Origin: a virus
DNA: 64,000 bases
IMG/VR virus record: IMGVR_UViG_3300025237_000001
Coordinates: 32,001-96,000 of that record
Reading direction: 5' to 3' (one strand)
Shown here piece by piece: positions 37,639 to 47,186 of the stretch. Position 1 is the stretch's first letter, and every line of letters starts with the position of its first letter. The notes under the pieces are model-generated. The model was not told the DNA's origin and ran no database searches. It worked only from the letters and a program-made list of their open reading frames with translations. The position numbers and the translations under genes are program-made.

Positions 37639-38169
37639 TTATTTGTTTTTACTTTTATCCATATATTCTATCAAATATTTCATAGAATCTATTTCTTTCT
37701 TATAGTTTTCTTGATAAATAGCTGAGTTTGCCATAATGTTCTTAGCTTTACTACTTTTTGCTATATCTATCATCCCACCGTTAGCTCTGCTAAGGTTCGT
37801 ATTATCATTATCTTTTTCGTGGGTCTTAATAAATTGATTCTCTAACCCACCGTCCATTTTAGCTTTTTTAGATTGTAAAATACTATCTCTATTTGAACCA
37901 AGTGTTTTATCAACCCACATTCTAGTTACCTTACCACCAATTAACTTAAATTCTTCATCATTACCATCGCCTTTATAAGTATCGAAGTAATTCTTCAATC
38001 TCTTCATTTGTGAATATGATATTTTTCTATCTGCTACAATATCTTTAGCCCTCTTCAAACCCTTTGCTTGCTCAGTATCAGGATTGATAGCTGAAAGCCT
38101 TCGGTTGATTTGGTTAAATACATTATCAGGTACTTTAAAGTACTTATCGTTTAATTGACTATTAGGCAT
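37639..38169 (-). CDS. hypothetical, probably head-associated protein
   Basis: 176 aa; GLKRAKDIV..ISYSQMKRLKNYF..GG...W. Confidence 0.7.
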   Translation of the reverse strand: MPNSQLNDKYFKVPDNVFNQINRRLSAINPDTEQAKGLKRAKDIVADRKISYSQMKRLKNYFDTYKGDGNDEEFKLIGGKVTRMWVDKTLGSNRDSILQSKKAKMDGGLENQFIKTHEKDNDNTNLSRANGGMIDIAKSSKAKNIMANSAIYQENYKKEIDSMKYLIEYMDKSKNK

Positions 38170-38671
38170 TTGGTTTTAAATTACTGTTAACAAAATTTAA
38201 TATTATATCTACCTTAGCTGGGTCTTTATCAAGCCCATTAGCTTTTACACTTTTCACTAAATCTAACATCTTTCTACTTACACCATCAGGTAATTCGTCT
38301 GTATCAATAACTGAATTATTATTATAATCAGACCCTAAATCCTCTAATAAAGCGATTGCTTTCTCTTTTGCAATCCTATTTTTGTTCTCAGAAGTGTTCC
38401 CAGACCTGTTCCCACCTACTGAATTTATATTATATAAATATCTATTTGGTTGAATAGCTTGTCTGGCAAAATCATCGGTAGTAGCTTGTGGTGAAGTCTT
38501 AATTTCACTGTTATTTACATTCTTTTCATCCCCAGATATAGGGGCACCCGTACCATTAACGAATTCATCCAACTCTTCCACCTCTTCAAGTTCAACTATT
38601 TCAGTTTCAACTTTCTTGGTTTTAACCTTTGGTTTATAGCTTTTTATGTCTTTCTTTTTTAAAGTTTGCAT
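38162..38671 (-). CDS. hypothetical protein, probably virion
   Basis: 169 aa with LDE/LLE sites; late motif upstream. Confidence 0.7.
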   Translation of the reverse strand: MQTLKKKDIKSYKPKVKTKKVETEIVELEEVEELDEFVNGTGAPISGDEKNVNNSEIKTSPQATTDDFARQAIQPNRYLYNINSVGGNRSGNTSENKNRIAKEKAIALLEDLGSDYNNNSVIDTDELPDGVSRKMLDLVKSVKANGLDKDPAKVDIILNFVNSNLKPNA

Positions 38672-38731
38672 ATATTACGTTTATATATAAATATAACTGA
38701 AAAGATTAATATTTATATATAAACTGATTTT

Positions 38732-40717
38732 ATGTCATTTGTGACAAAACTAGATTATTCTGATAATAGACAAATAAAACAATTTGAACTCACTAATACA
38801 CAACTTTCTGGTACAACAGAGTTTGGTGTAACTTTTAGTGCGTTAACTGGTGTCTTAGATTCATCTATTGTTTTAACGAGTACTTTAACTGGAATCACTT
38901 CTACATTTTCTGGAAATTCAACAACTACAAATATCACATTTGGTGACCCTAGAATGGTTTCTGGGTCAGAAATGTTAGAGGTTATAACCGATATAACCTC
39001 AGGTTATACACAACAAGGTTATGGTTTTCTTGGGGTTGACCCATATGAATTAGATGGTAATACAATATACGGTAGCTATACAGGGTCTTCATATGATTTC
39101 TCAGTAACTTCAATTGAAGAAGTTGGAGTTGATATGTGGACTGGTGAAACCATTAGTAATGTGGTTGCTATTCTAAGCGGCACTTCAACTGATTTTACTG
39201 GTAGAACTATATGGGTGGATGTTTTAGGTATTGCAAGAACAAAGCGTTTAATACTAACCGATGAACCAGACGAGTATAGTGGTGCTACACATGTATTAAC
39301 AAGAGGTGTTAGTGGAGATGTATTAAATTTCCCTTTATCCAATCTAGTTGGGGCTGGTAATACAGATGATTATACAACTGGTGTAACCCTTAGTGGTGAA
39401 ACTCTAGAATTCACAAGATTATCAGGTGGTACATATTCTGTTATTTTAGATAGTTTTGAAAATAGTGGGCTTGAAAGAATCGATGAAGGAAATGGGGATG
39501 GATGGAGACTTATTGATAGAGACTCAGCATATTATGGTAATATAGGGGAAACTGCAATTGATTTTAGTCTTAGTACAGTCAGTGGTAGTACTACCATGGG
39601 TTCTACTGGATTTGGAGCGGTTACATTTGGGTTAAATAATATGAACCCATATGTTGAAACTCTAATGTTAGGTAGGTATATTGAAGGTTCTACGACAAAT
39701 GGTTATAGTGGTAGTAATATAATTGTTTCTGAAAACTTTGATGGTACACCAACCAACTTCTACAATAATATATACAATTGTATGTTTAATGTATTTTCAT
39801 CAACCATAGGTACTTCTGGTGCTGCACTTGGGACTGCTGTTGTATATGAATCAACCGCTTCAGGTAGGTATATTGATATGTATGCGGGGCAAAGTTCCGC
39901 TATGTTTGGTGGATGGTTAAAAGGTGGTTCTACTTGTACAACAATTGTTGGTATATCAAATGAAGATTTAACCACTACAACCGCCACAGCTAGTGGTGGT
40001 TCTTTTAATACATTCGGACCCAGATTTATTGTTGGTGTTGGTACAAACGGTGCTGCTATAAGACGAAATGGTTTTGTAGTAATGTCAGATGGTACATCAT
40101 TCTTTCCTTATTTATCAATCGCACAAATAACTGCGGCAACTGGTGATAGTGCAATCACAAAAGAATATCTTGAAAGTGTAACAAGTGGTTTTACTAGTAC
40201 AGATGATTACTTAACAGGGCATACTTTCAATACAACAACAGGGTTATTTGAATCTAATCTACAAGGTGGTTCAACCGTTTCAGTTAATCTTGATGGTAGG
40301 TATTCTCTTACAGGACATACACATACAGAATTTGGTGATTACTTACCTCTTTCAGGTGGAACACTTACGGGTGGGGTTACAGGAACAACATTTAATGTTG
40401 ATAAATCTCAACTAGATTATCAAGAAAATCTAACTGTTGATTCTGGAACAACTGAGACAATTGCAACTGTTTCAATATTAACACATAAAGCAGTATTTTT
40501 TGATTATGTTGTATCAGAAAGTACCAATATAAGGGCGGGTACAGTTATGACTACTCATATGGGTGGTTCGACAGTTTTTACTGACAACTCAACAACAGAT
40601 ATAGGTGATACGAGTGATGTTATCTTTAGTACAGATATTAGTGGTAGTGATTTAAGACTACTGGCAACAACAGCCACAGATGGCTGGGAAATAAAAGTAA
40701 TGATTAGAGCATTATAA
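38732..40717 (+). CDS. tail fibre/virion appendage protein
   Basis: Thr/Ser/Gly-rich; TDDY.TG..F...LDGRY module, GHTH, YLPLSGGTLTG; C-terminal domain shared with 40775. Confidence 0.7.
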   Translation: MSFVTKLDYSDNRQIKQFELTNTQLSGTTEFGVTFSALTGVLDSSIVLTSTLTGITSTFSGNSTTTNITFGDPRMVSGSEMLEVITDITSGYTQQGYGFLGVDPYELDGNTIYGSYTGSSYDFSVTSIEEVGVDMWTGETISNVVAILSGTSTDFTGRTIWVDVLGIARTKRLILTDEPDEYSGATHVLTRGVSGDVLNFPLSNLVGAGNTDDYTTGVTLSGETLEFTRLSGGTYSVILDSFENSGLERIDEGNGDGWRLIDRDSAYYGNIGETAIDFSLSTVSGSTTMGSTGFGAVTFGLNNMNPYVETLMLGRYIEGSTTNGYSGSNIIVSENFDGTPTNFYNNIYNCMFNVFSSTIGTSGAALGTAVVYESTASGRYIDMYAGQSSAMFGGWLKGGSTCTTIVGISNEDLTTTTATASGGSFNTFGPRFIVGVGTNGAAIRRNGFVVMSDGTSFFPYLSIAQITAATGDSAITKEYLESVTSGFTSTDDYLTGHTFNTTTGLFESNLQGGSTVSVNLDGRYSLTGHTHTEFGDYLPLSGGTLTGGVTGTTFNVDKSQLDYQENLTVDSGTTETIATVSILTHKAVFFDYVVSESTNIRAGTVMTTHMGGSTVFTDNSTTDIGDTSDVIFSTDISGSDLRLLATTATDGWEIKVMIRAL

Positions 40718-40774
40718 CAAATAAACTACATATTTATAAAATATAGGTATGTAAAAGATTAAAAAATAATAATT

Positions 40775-42250
40775 ATGGCAAACGAATACATTTTACGAAA
40801 AGGATTCATTTCAAAATCGGGTTCAACGGTACAAGATTTCTTAAACATTAGTGGTGATACAACTTCACCAGCTTTTGTAACGGTTGGTGGTGCGTCAACT
40901 GACTTTGTTAAGGGTGATGGTACTCTTGATTCAAATACATACCTTACATCAGCTGATTTAGTTGGTGTTAACACAGATGACTATGTAACCAGTGCATCAT
41001 TTAATACAGGTGACGGTGTTTTAACACTTAATATGTTATCAGGTGGTACTGTAACCCAAGACCTTGATGGGAGGTACTCATTACTTGCACATACACATCT
41101 TCTTGCTGATGGTGCTACTGACGTAACTGCTACAGCTGCTGAAGTAAATATATTAGATTTATCTGCAACCGCTCTTACCACTGGTTGGGGTTACTTCGCA
41201 GATGGTGCATCAGCCGCTAGTTGGAGACAACTATTAGGTTCAGAAATAAATAATGACCAAGGATGGACAAATAATGTTGGTACAGTAACCTCAGTAACCG
41301 CTGGTTCGGGTATGACTCAATCAGGTGTATCAACCGTTAACCCTACTTTAGATGTAGTTGGTGGAACAGGTATATTTGTTAATGCCAATGACGTTGAATT
41401 AGCTTTAGACCAATTACCAGTTGCAACAATGCTTACTAGTGATTGGATTGCATTCGATGATGCTGGTGTTTCAAGTAAAGCACTTATCTCAGCAATTCCC
41501 TTATCATTATTTGATAATGATTTATCAACTGTAACCAATACAGATGACTATGTAACTGGAGCAACATTTAATACTGGAACAGGTGTTTTAACACTTAATA
41601 TGTTATCAGGTGGAACCGTAACTGAAGACCTTGACGGTAGGTACTTAGAAAGTCTTAGTACTGGAACTGGATTAGCTGATACTGGTGGTCAAACCCCAGC
41701 AATTACACTTGACTTTCCTAGTTTGCCAGATGGGACAGCTGCAATTGTAGGTGCTACGGATGAAATTATATATTTAGATAATGGAGTTGAGAGTCGTAAG
41801 GCTTTCGATGAGTTAGATTTAGGTCAATTTAATAACGACCAAGGTTGGATTACTGGAGCTGATGTTGTAGGTGGTTACTTACCTCTTTCTGGTGGGACAC
41901 TTGTAGGGGAATTAACTACAACGGAAATTGTAGTTAAAAATGCGTTGGTTGATAACCAAGAAAATTTAGTGGTAACTACTGGTACTGAAGTTGTTGCGAC
42001 AATAAATAAAAACACATATGACGCTGGGTTTTTTGATTATGTGGTTAAAAATGGTACAAATTTAAGGTCTGGAACTGTAATGGCTTGTCACGATGGTACA
42101 TCAGTTGAATTTACTGATAACTCAACAAATGATTTAGGTGATACTGAACAAGTATTATTTGATGTTGATATTTCTGGAACTGATTTAAGATTACTAGCTG
42201 ATGTTACAAGTGGTACTTGGGAAATAAAAATATTTATTAGAGGTTTATAA
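40775..42250 (+). CDS. tail fibre/virion appendage protein
   Basis: FVKGDGTLDS; two NTDDYVT.A.FNTG.GVLTLNMLSGGTVT.DLDGRY modules; same C-terminal domain as 38732. Confidence 0.72.
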   Translation: MANEYILRKGFISKSGSTVQDFLNISGDTTSPAFVTVGGASTDFVKGDGTLDSNTYLTSADLVGVNTDDYVTSASFNTGDGVLTLNMLSGGTVTQDLDGRYSLLAHTHLLADGATDVTATAAEVNILDLSATALTTGWGYFADGASAASWRQLLGSEINNDQGWTNNVGTVTSVTAGSGMTQSGVSTVNPTLDVVGGTGIFVNANDVELALDQLPVATMLTSDWIAFDDAGVSSKALISAIPLSLFDNDLSTVTNTDDYVTGATFNTGTGVLTLNMLSGGTVTEDLDGRYLESLSTGTGLADTGGQTPAITLDFPSLPDGTAAIVGATDEIIYLDNGVESRKAFDELDLGQFNNDQGWITGADVVGGYLPLSGGTLVGELTTTEIVVKNALVDNQENLVVTTGTEVVATINKNTYDAGFFDYVVKNGTNLRSGTVMACHDGTSVEFTDNSTNDLGDTEQVLFDVDISGTDLRLLADVTSGTWEIKIFIRGL

Positions 42251-42312
42251 TTAAAAAAAAAAGAATATATTAATAATACTCACCTTTTGGAAAGTGAAAA
42301 AAGTGTGCAACT

Positions 42313-44298
42313 ATGTCAAAACAATTTATAGCCCGTAAAGGGTTAATTTCAAAATCGGGTTCTACTATCGAATCCTACCTTAACGTTAGTGGTGATACAA
42401 CCGCTAATGCGCATATCACCGTTGGTGGTGTATCAACCCAATTTGTAAAGGGTGATGGTACGTTAGATTCTACAACATATAGTACTGGTACTATTGGTGG
42501 TTCTATTACTGACAATCAAATTGCTTTTGGAGCTACTACAGCAGATGAAATTGAAGGTGAATCTAATCTAACTTGGGATGGTTCAGTATTCAATGCTATT
42601 GGTAATACAAAACTTGATGGATTTGTGGCAATGGGTGGTACGGCTATTAATACAAATAACATATTACAAATTGCTGGTAATTCAACTGACCCTACTTCAA
42701 ATGTAACTGGTGCAAATGTTACAAGAACATTGGCAATGACTGCTGATAACGCAAAGAAGATTACTGGTGGTGCATTTGTTGCTTCAACCACTACTACTGC
42801 TTTTAATCAAACACAGAGACTAATTGGTGGTGACTTTACAGCACAAACTTCTGGAACTGGTACTTATAGTAGATTATTTGGTGGTTCATTTGTAGCATAT
42901 AATCAAAGTACAGGTACAGTTACAAATGCATATGGTGGTCAATTCAAAATTCAAAATCTTGTTTCGGGTGGGACTATTACAAATGCGTATGGTGTATATA
43001 TTGGTGGTGGTTTTAATAATGGTACTATTACTAATAAGTATGGGTTATATCAAAGTGATACAGATGCTAATAATTATTTTGGTGGGACATTAACATTTGA
43101 TAGTTATGATAATGTAAGGGATGATGGAACACCTAGTAGTATGTTAAGTACAGATGCTAGTGGAAATCTACAATCTGCACCAATTAGTACGATACCTTTA
43201 AGTATATTCGATGATGATTTAACATATGGTACTGGTGATGGTACTGTAACTAATGTTAATGATGGTAATGGTATGACCTTTACCGCTATTAGTACAACTG
43301 GTGATGTAACACTTGGAACGCCAAGTACTTTAACAAGTGTTTCAACAAATGCAGTAACAACGAATAGTCATACACACGCAATAACAACAGGTATTGCAAG
43401 TAGTAATATAGTCCAAATGAGTGCTCTTGGTGTTGATAATGAATATGCAAGATTCACCGCAACTGGACTTGAAAGTAGAAGTAATGCAGAAGTATTAAGT
43501 GATATTGGAGCGCAAGCATCTGGTAGTTATTTACTAGATACAACTGATAGTTTTATTGGAACATTATCAGTTGATGGTGAGGTTAGAGTGGATTCTGATG
43601 TTTATGGGGTTGGTTGGAATGGTGATTCTAGTGTTGCTACCAAGAATGATATTTATGATAAAATAGAAACATTAGGTGGAGGTGGAGACGTAACGAAAGT
43701 GGGTACGCCAGTGAATAATGAAATAGGTGTTTGGACTGGTGATGGTATGCTAGAAGGTGATACTAATTTACAATGGAATGGCACTTCATTAACAATAGAC
43801 GGTACTATAATACTTCAAGAAAGGTCTGACCCACCATCAACAGTGAGTGGTTACGGTCAAATATGGGTTCATAATACAGATACACCTTCGTTATGGTTCT
43901 CAGAAGAGGATGAAGAAGATATGGATTTACTTGGTGGGTTACACCATACATTTACATCTGCTGGTGTAACTGCGGGTGATTTATGTTTCATTAATTCTAG
44001 TGGTAGAATGGAAAGGGCTAACGCTGATAGTGTAACAACTTCTGATACACAATTAGGAATCGCAATGACAACTAGAAGTAATGGGCAACAATGTATGTTC
44101 AAATTATTTGGAGAGCATATAACAACTGGTTTATCTACTGGTGCAATATATTATGTTCACACAGTTGATGGTGATTGGTCAACAATAAAACCATCAACAG
44201 CTGACCATGTGGTTAGAACAATTGGAACTGCAATAAGTACTACTAAATTATTCTTTAATCCAAGTCAAGATTACATAACACGTATAGGTGACGTATAA
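42313..44298 (+). CDS. tail fibre protein
   Basis: N-terminus paralogous to 40775; NSHTH; beta-rich repeats; C-terminal beta domain. Confidence 0.7.
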   Translation: MSKQFIARKGLISKSGSTIESYLNVSGDTTANAHITVGGVSTQFVKGDGTLDSTTYSTGTIGGSITDNQIAFGATTADEIEGESNLTWDGSVFNAIGNTKLDGFVAMGGTAINTNNILQIAGNSTDPTSNVTGANVTRTLAMTADNAKKITGGAFVASTTTTAFNQTQRLIGGDFTAQTSGTGTYSRLFGGSFVAYNQSTGTVTNAYGGQFKIQNLVSGGTITNAYGVYIGGGFNNGTITNKYGLYQSDTDANNYFGGTLTFDSYDNVRDDGTPSSMLSTDASGNLQSAPISTIPLSIFDDDLTYGTGDGTVTNVNDGNGMTFTAISTTGDVTLGTPSTLTSVSTNAVTTNSHTHAITTGIASSNIVQMSALGVDNEYARFTATGLESRSNAEVLSDIGAQASGSYLLDTTDSFIGTLSVDGEVRVDSDVYGVGWNGDSSVATKNDIYDKIETLGGGGDVTKVGTPVNNEIGVWTGDGMLEGDTNLQWNGTSLTIDGTIILQERSDPPSTVSGYGQIWVHNTDTPSLWFSEEDEEDMDLLGGLHHTFTSAGVTAGDLCFINSSGRMERANADSVTTSDTQLGIAMTTRSNGQQCMFKLFGEHITTGLSTGAIYYVHTVDGDWSTIKPSTADHVVRTIGTAISTTKLFFNPSQDYITRIGDV

Positions 44299-44310
44299 AT
44301 ATATATATAA

Positions 44311-45414
44311 ATGGCACATACTTTTTCAACAAAACTAGAAGCAGCGGGTTCTACTTCAAACCCACTAATCTTAACTAAAAACATTACTTCAACGGTCACC
44401 CTTTGTGTGCTTTCTATTATAACAACTGGGGGTGCTAGGTCTGGTGGTGCGCCAACACAAGAAGGTACTACTATGCTTTCTGGTGCGGGTTCAGCGGGTG
44501 ATGGGGAACAGAAGGTTGAAATATGGTATTTATTAAACGATGATATTTCAACTGGGGCTGGTCAACAAATATCCATACCTAATAGTGGGTCAGACGAAAT
44601 TAGTGTTGTAGCTTCTTTTTTTATTGCGGGTAGTGGTTCATCTGGTTTTGTGTCAGCAACAGTTAATGGAACTATTGGTGTGGGTACTTCATCAAATCCA
44701 AGTACGTCAGTTACTGGTGCTGCGGGTGGTGTAATAGTTGACGCTTTGGGAAGTGGATACCACATTACACCAACAGCAAACAATAGAACATTACTTTACA
44801 AGGGGGATACTGGTTCTGAATCATATGGTACACAATATACCTTACCAGTATTTTCCCTTCCCACAACATTTAATTATACTCAACCATCAGATGATTGGAC
44901 ACATGCCATTGTCATTTTTAGAGAAAATGAAAAACCAACTATAGTGTATGAGACTGCGGATAAAATTAATTTTGGTTATGACAGTACACCAACTCTTGAA
45001 TTTACGGGGTCGGATGAGGATGGTGATGACCTTACATATCATTTTAGGATAGATAATAATAGTAATATGTCATCACCAGAGATAGTTGTATATTCTAGTG
45101 GTTTAACTCAAGGATTTCTAAACACTGTAATTGGTGGAGATTTAGCTCCATTTACTGAAGCACAAAAAATTAGTTATACTGTACAAGCTGGTGATGCACT
45201 ATCCGCTGGTACATATTATTGGGATTGTGAGGCAACCGACTTAAAAGGTACAAAACTTTGGAGTACAAAACCAAAATTACGGAGTTTCACAACAAGTGGT
45301 GCCACAGCTAGTGGTGATATACTTGGTTGGGATACAGTTTCTGTAGCACAAATAAAAGTAATGAATGGGGTGTCTGAAAGTCAGATAAAAACTTGGAATG
45401 GGGTAGATTGGTAA
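44311..45414 (+). CDS. virion structural protein with an Ig/FN3-like C-domain
   Basis: PTLEFTGSDEDGDDLTYHFRID...AGTYYWDCEATD...W. Confidence 0.55.
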   Translation: MAHTFSTKLEAAGSTSNPLILTKNITSTVTLCVLSIITTGGARSGGAPTQEGTTMLSGAGSAGDGEQKVEIWYLLNDDISTGAGQQISIPNSGSDEISVVASFFIAGSGSSGFVSATVNGTIGVGTSSNPSTSVTGAAGGVIVDALGSGYHITPTANNRTLLYKGDTGSESYGTQYTLPVFSLPTTFNYTQPSDDWTHAIVIFRENEKPTIVYETADKINFGYDSTPTLEFTGSDEDGDDLTYHFRIDNNSNMSSPEIVVYSSGLTQGFLNTVIGGDLAPFTEAQKISYTVQAGDALSAGTYYWDCEATDLKGTKLWSTKPKLRSFTTSGATASGDILGWDTVSVAQIKVMNGVSESQIKTWNGVDW

Positions 45415-45454
45415 TTAAAAGTAATTAAAACATATTTATATATAAACCTATTTT

Positions 45455-46645
45455 ATGTCATTTTTAACTAAATTAGATTATTCCAATAATCGACAAATAA
45501 AACAATTTGAACTCACTAATACGCAACTTTCTGGTACAACAACATTTGGTGTACCAAACGAGTATATACCTGAAAATCTTTCAGGTAATACTATCAATAT
45601 TGACGCTTTACAACTTATTCAAACTAGGGGTATTATTTTCCCTGAAATAATACCCGTATTTACTGGTGTTACATATCAATTATTAGGTAGAGATAACACT
45701 AGTGGTAAATTAGTTGACGTTTCTAATGATGGTTACATACCATATTCTGGTGCTACAAACACGTTAGATTTAAATTCACAAAACTTAACACTAAGTGGTT
45801 CTGTAAGAGTTAACTCATCAGACACTTCAACTAATAAATTTGTGTTAGAAGATAATTTAGCTGTAGGTTCCAACAATAATTTATTTAAGATAGTTAATAG
45901 TGGAACTACAAGAACTTTTATAACCTCTAGGGGTCAGCAATTGTGGAAACTTAATGATGGTGCTGTAGAAGTGGGTGCTGTAGCTATGGGAACTCCTTTT
46001 AATGAACCAGGAATTGAATTTTCAAATTCTGTTAGTGCGGGGACTTCAATTATTAGATTAACGAATAGTGGTGGTGGATTAGATTTTGCTGCAAATAGTG
46101 GTGTAGGGTATCCTACTACTCAAATGCAATTAGATACTAGTGGTGATTTAACATTATTAGATGGTGATGTGACCGCTAGTGCGCATGTCACTTCTGGTGG
46201 GACCGCTTCACAGTTTGTAAAAGGAGATGGTAGCTTAGATTCATCAACTTATAGTTCATCAACAATAACAAAAACACTTCAAATAGAAGTGTTCGCAAGA
46301 GGAAGTTCAGTTAGTATTGGTTATAGTGTGGGTGATGTTATAATCCCAAGTTGTATGAATGGTATGTCATTGATTAATGTTGTTGCGACAGTAGAAAATA
46401 AAGGTAGTTCTAACACAACTAATATTCAAGTAGAAAGATTTAGAACTGGATTTCTTGCACAAATGTTATCAACTGAAGTGACTATTGGTGATGAATATTT
46501 TGCACAAGATGGTGTTGTAGAGTTAGGCGGTGAAAGTTTAGTTTTTACGGGGGATAAAATTAGGGTTGAAGTAACCGATATTCATTCATTAGTTGCACCA
46601 CAAGGGTTGGTGGTGGTAATGGAATTTGAATTTATTCCAATTTAA
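45455..46645 (+). CDS. tail fibre/virion appendage protein, N-terminus duplicated from 38732
   Basis: MSF.TKLDYS.NRQIKQFELTNTQLSGTT.FGV; YIPYSGAT; QFVKGDGSLDS. Confidence 0.68.
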   Translation: MSFLTKLDYSNNRQIKQFELTNTQLSGTTTFGVPNEYIPENLSGNTINIDALQLIQTRGIIFPEIIPVFTGVTYQLLGRDNTSGKLVDVSNDGYIPYSGATNTLDLNSQNLTLSGSVRVNSSDTSTNKFVLEDNLAVGSNNNLFKIVNSGTTRTFITSRGQQLWKLNDGAVEVGAVAMGTPFNEPGIEFSNSVSAGTSIIRLTNSGGGLDFAANSGVGYPTTQMQLDTSGDLTLLDGDVTASAHVTSGGTASQFVKGDGSLDSSTYSSSTITKTLQIEVFARGSSVSIGYSVGDVIIPSCMNGMSLINVVATVENKGSSNTTNIQVERFRTGFLAQMLSTEVTIGDEYFAQDGVVELGGESLVFTGDKIRVEVTDIHSLVAPQGLVVVMEFEFIPI

Positions 46646-46709
46646 AATTAATTAAATAACATTTTAGTTGGTAATAGCTTTATTCATGACTATTTATTTA
46701 AAAACATCT

Positions 46710-47159
46710 ATGAAGAAACTTATCCTTACATTATTTATTCTCATAAACTTATCTTGTATTTCTGAGAGGGAAAGAGAAATTAATTTCCATGTATACAATA
46801 ATTTACCTATAATTAATGCCTATATTAATGGGGTTAGGGTTAAACTATTAATAGATACAGGTGCAAATGTTTCATTACTAGATACTTCTACCGAAACGTT
46901 TCTATTATTTAATAGAGATTATAGTGTTCCTATGATTATAGGTCAAGGTGTGGGTGGTGAAACTCATATTTATGGTATTAAAGACATTATTTTAGAATAT
47001 GAAGGTAAAGTTTTAAATGTTGACTTCAGAGGTGCTAATTTAAAGGAAATTAGAGAAATAAACGGAATTCATGGTATTATTGGTTCAGATTTCTTAATAA
47101 AACATAGTTTAGTTATTGATTACTATAATAGAACAATAAAAGAAGGTGTTTTAGAATAA
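46710..47159 (+). CDS. retropepsin-like aspartic protease with a lipoprotein signal peptide
   Basis: MKKLILTLFILINLS|C; LLIDTGANVS; GIIGSDFL; start moved to 46710. Confidence 0.82.
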   Translation: MKKLILTLFILINLSCISEREREINFHVYNNLPIINAYINGVRVKLLIDTGANVSLLDTSTETFLLFNRDYSVPMIIGQGVGGETHIYGIKDIILEYEGKVLNVDFRGANLKEIREINGIHGIIGSDFLIKHSLVIDYYNRTIKEGVLE

Positions 47160-47186
47160 CTTTTTATATATTTATAAAAGAAACAA

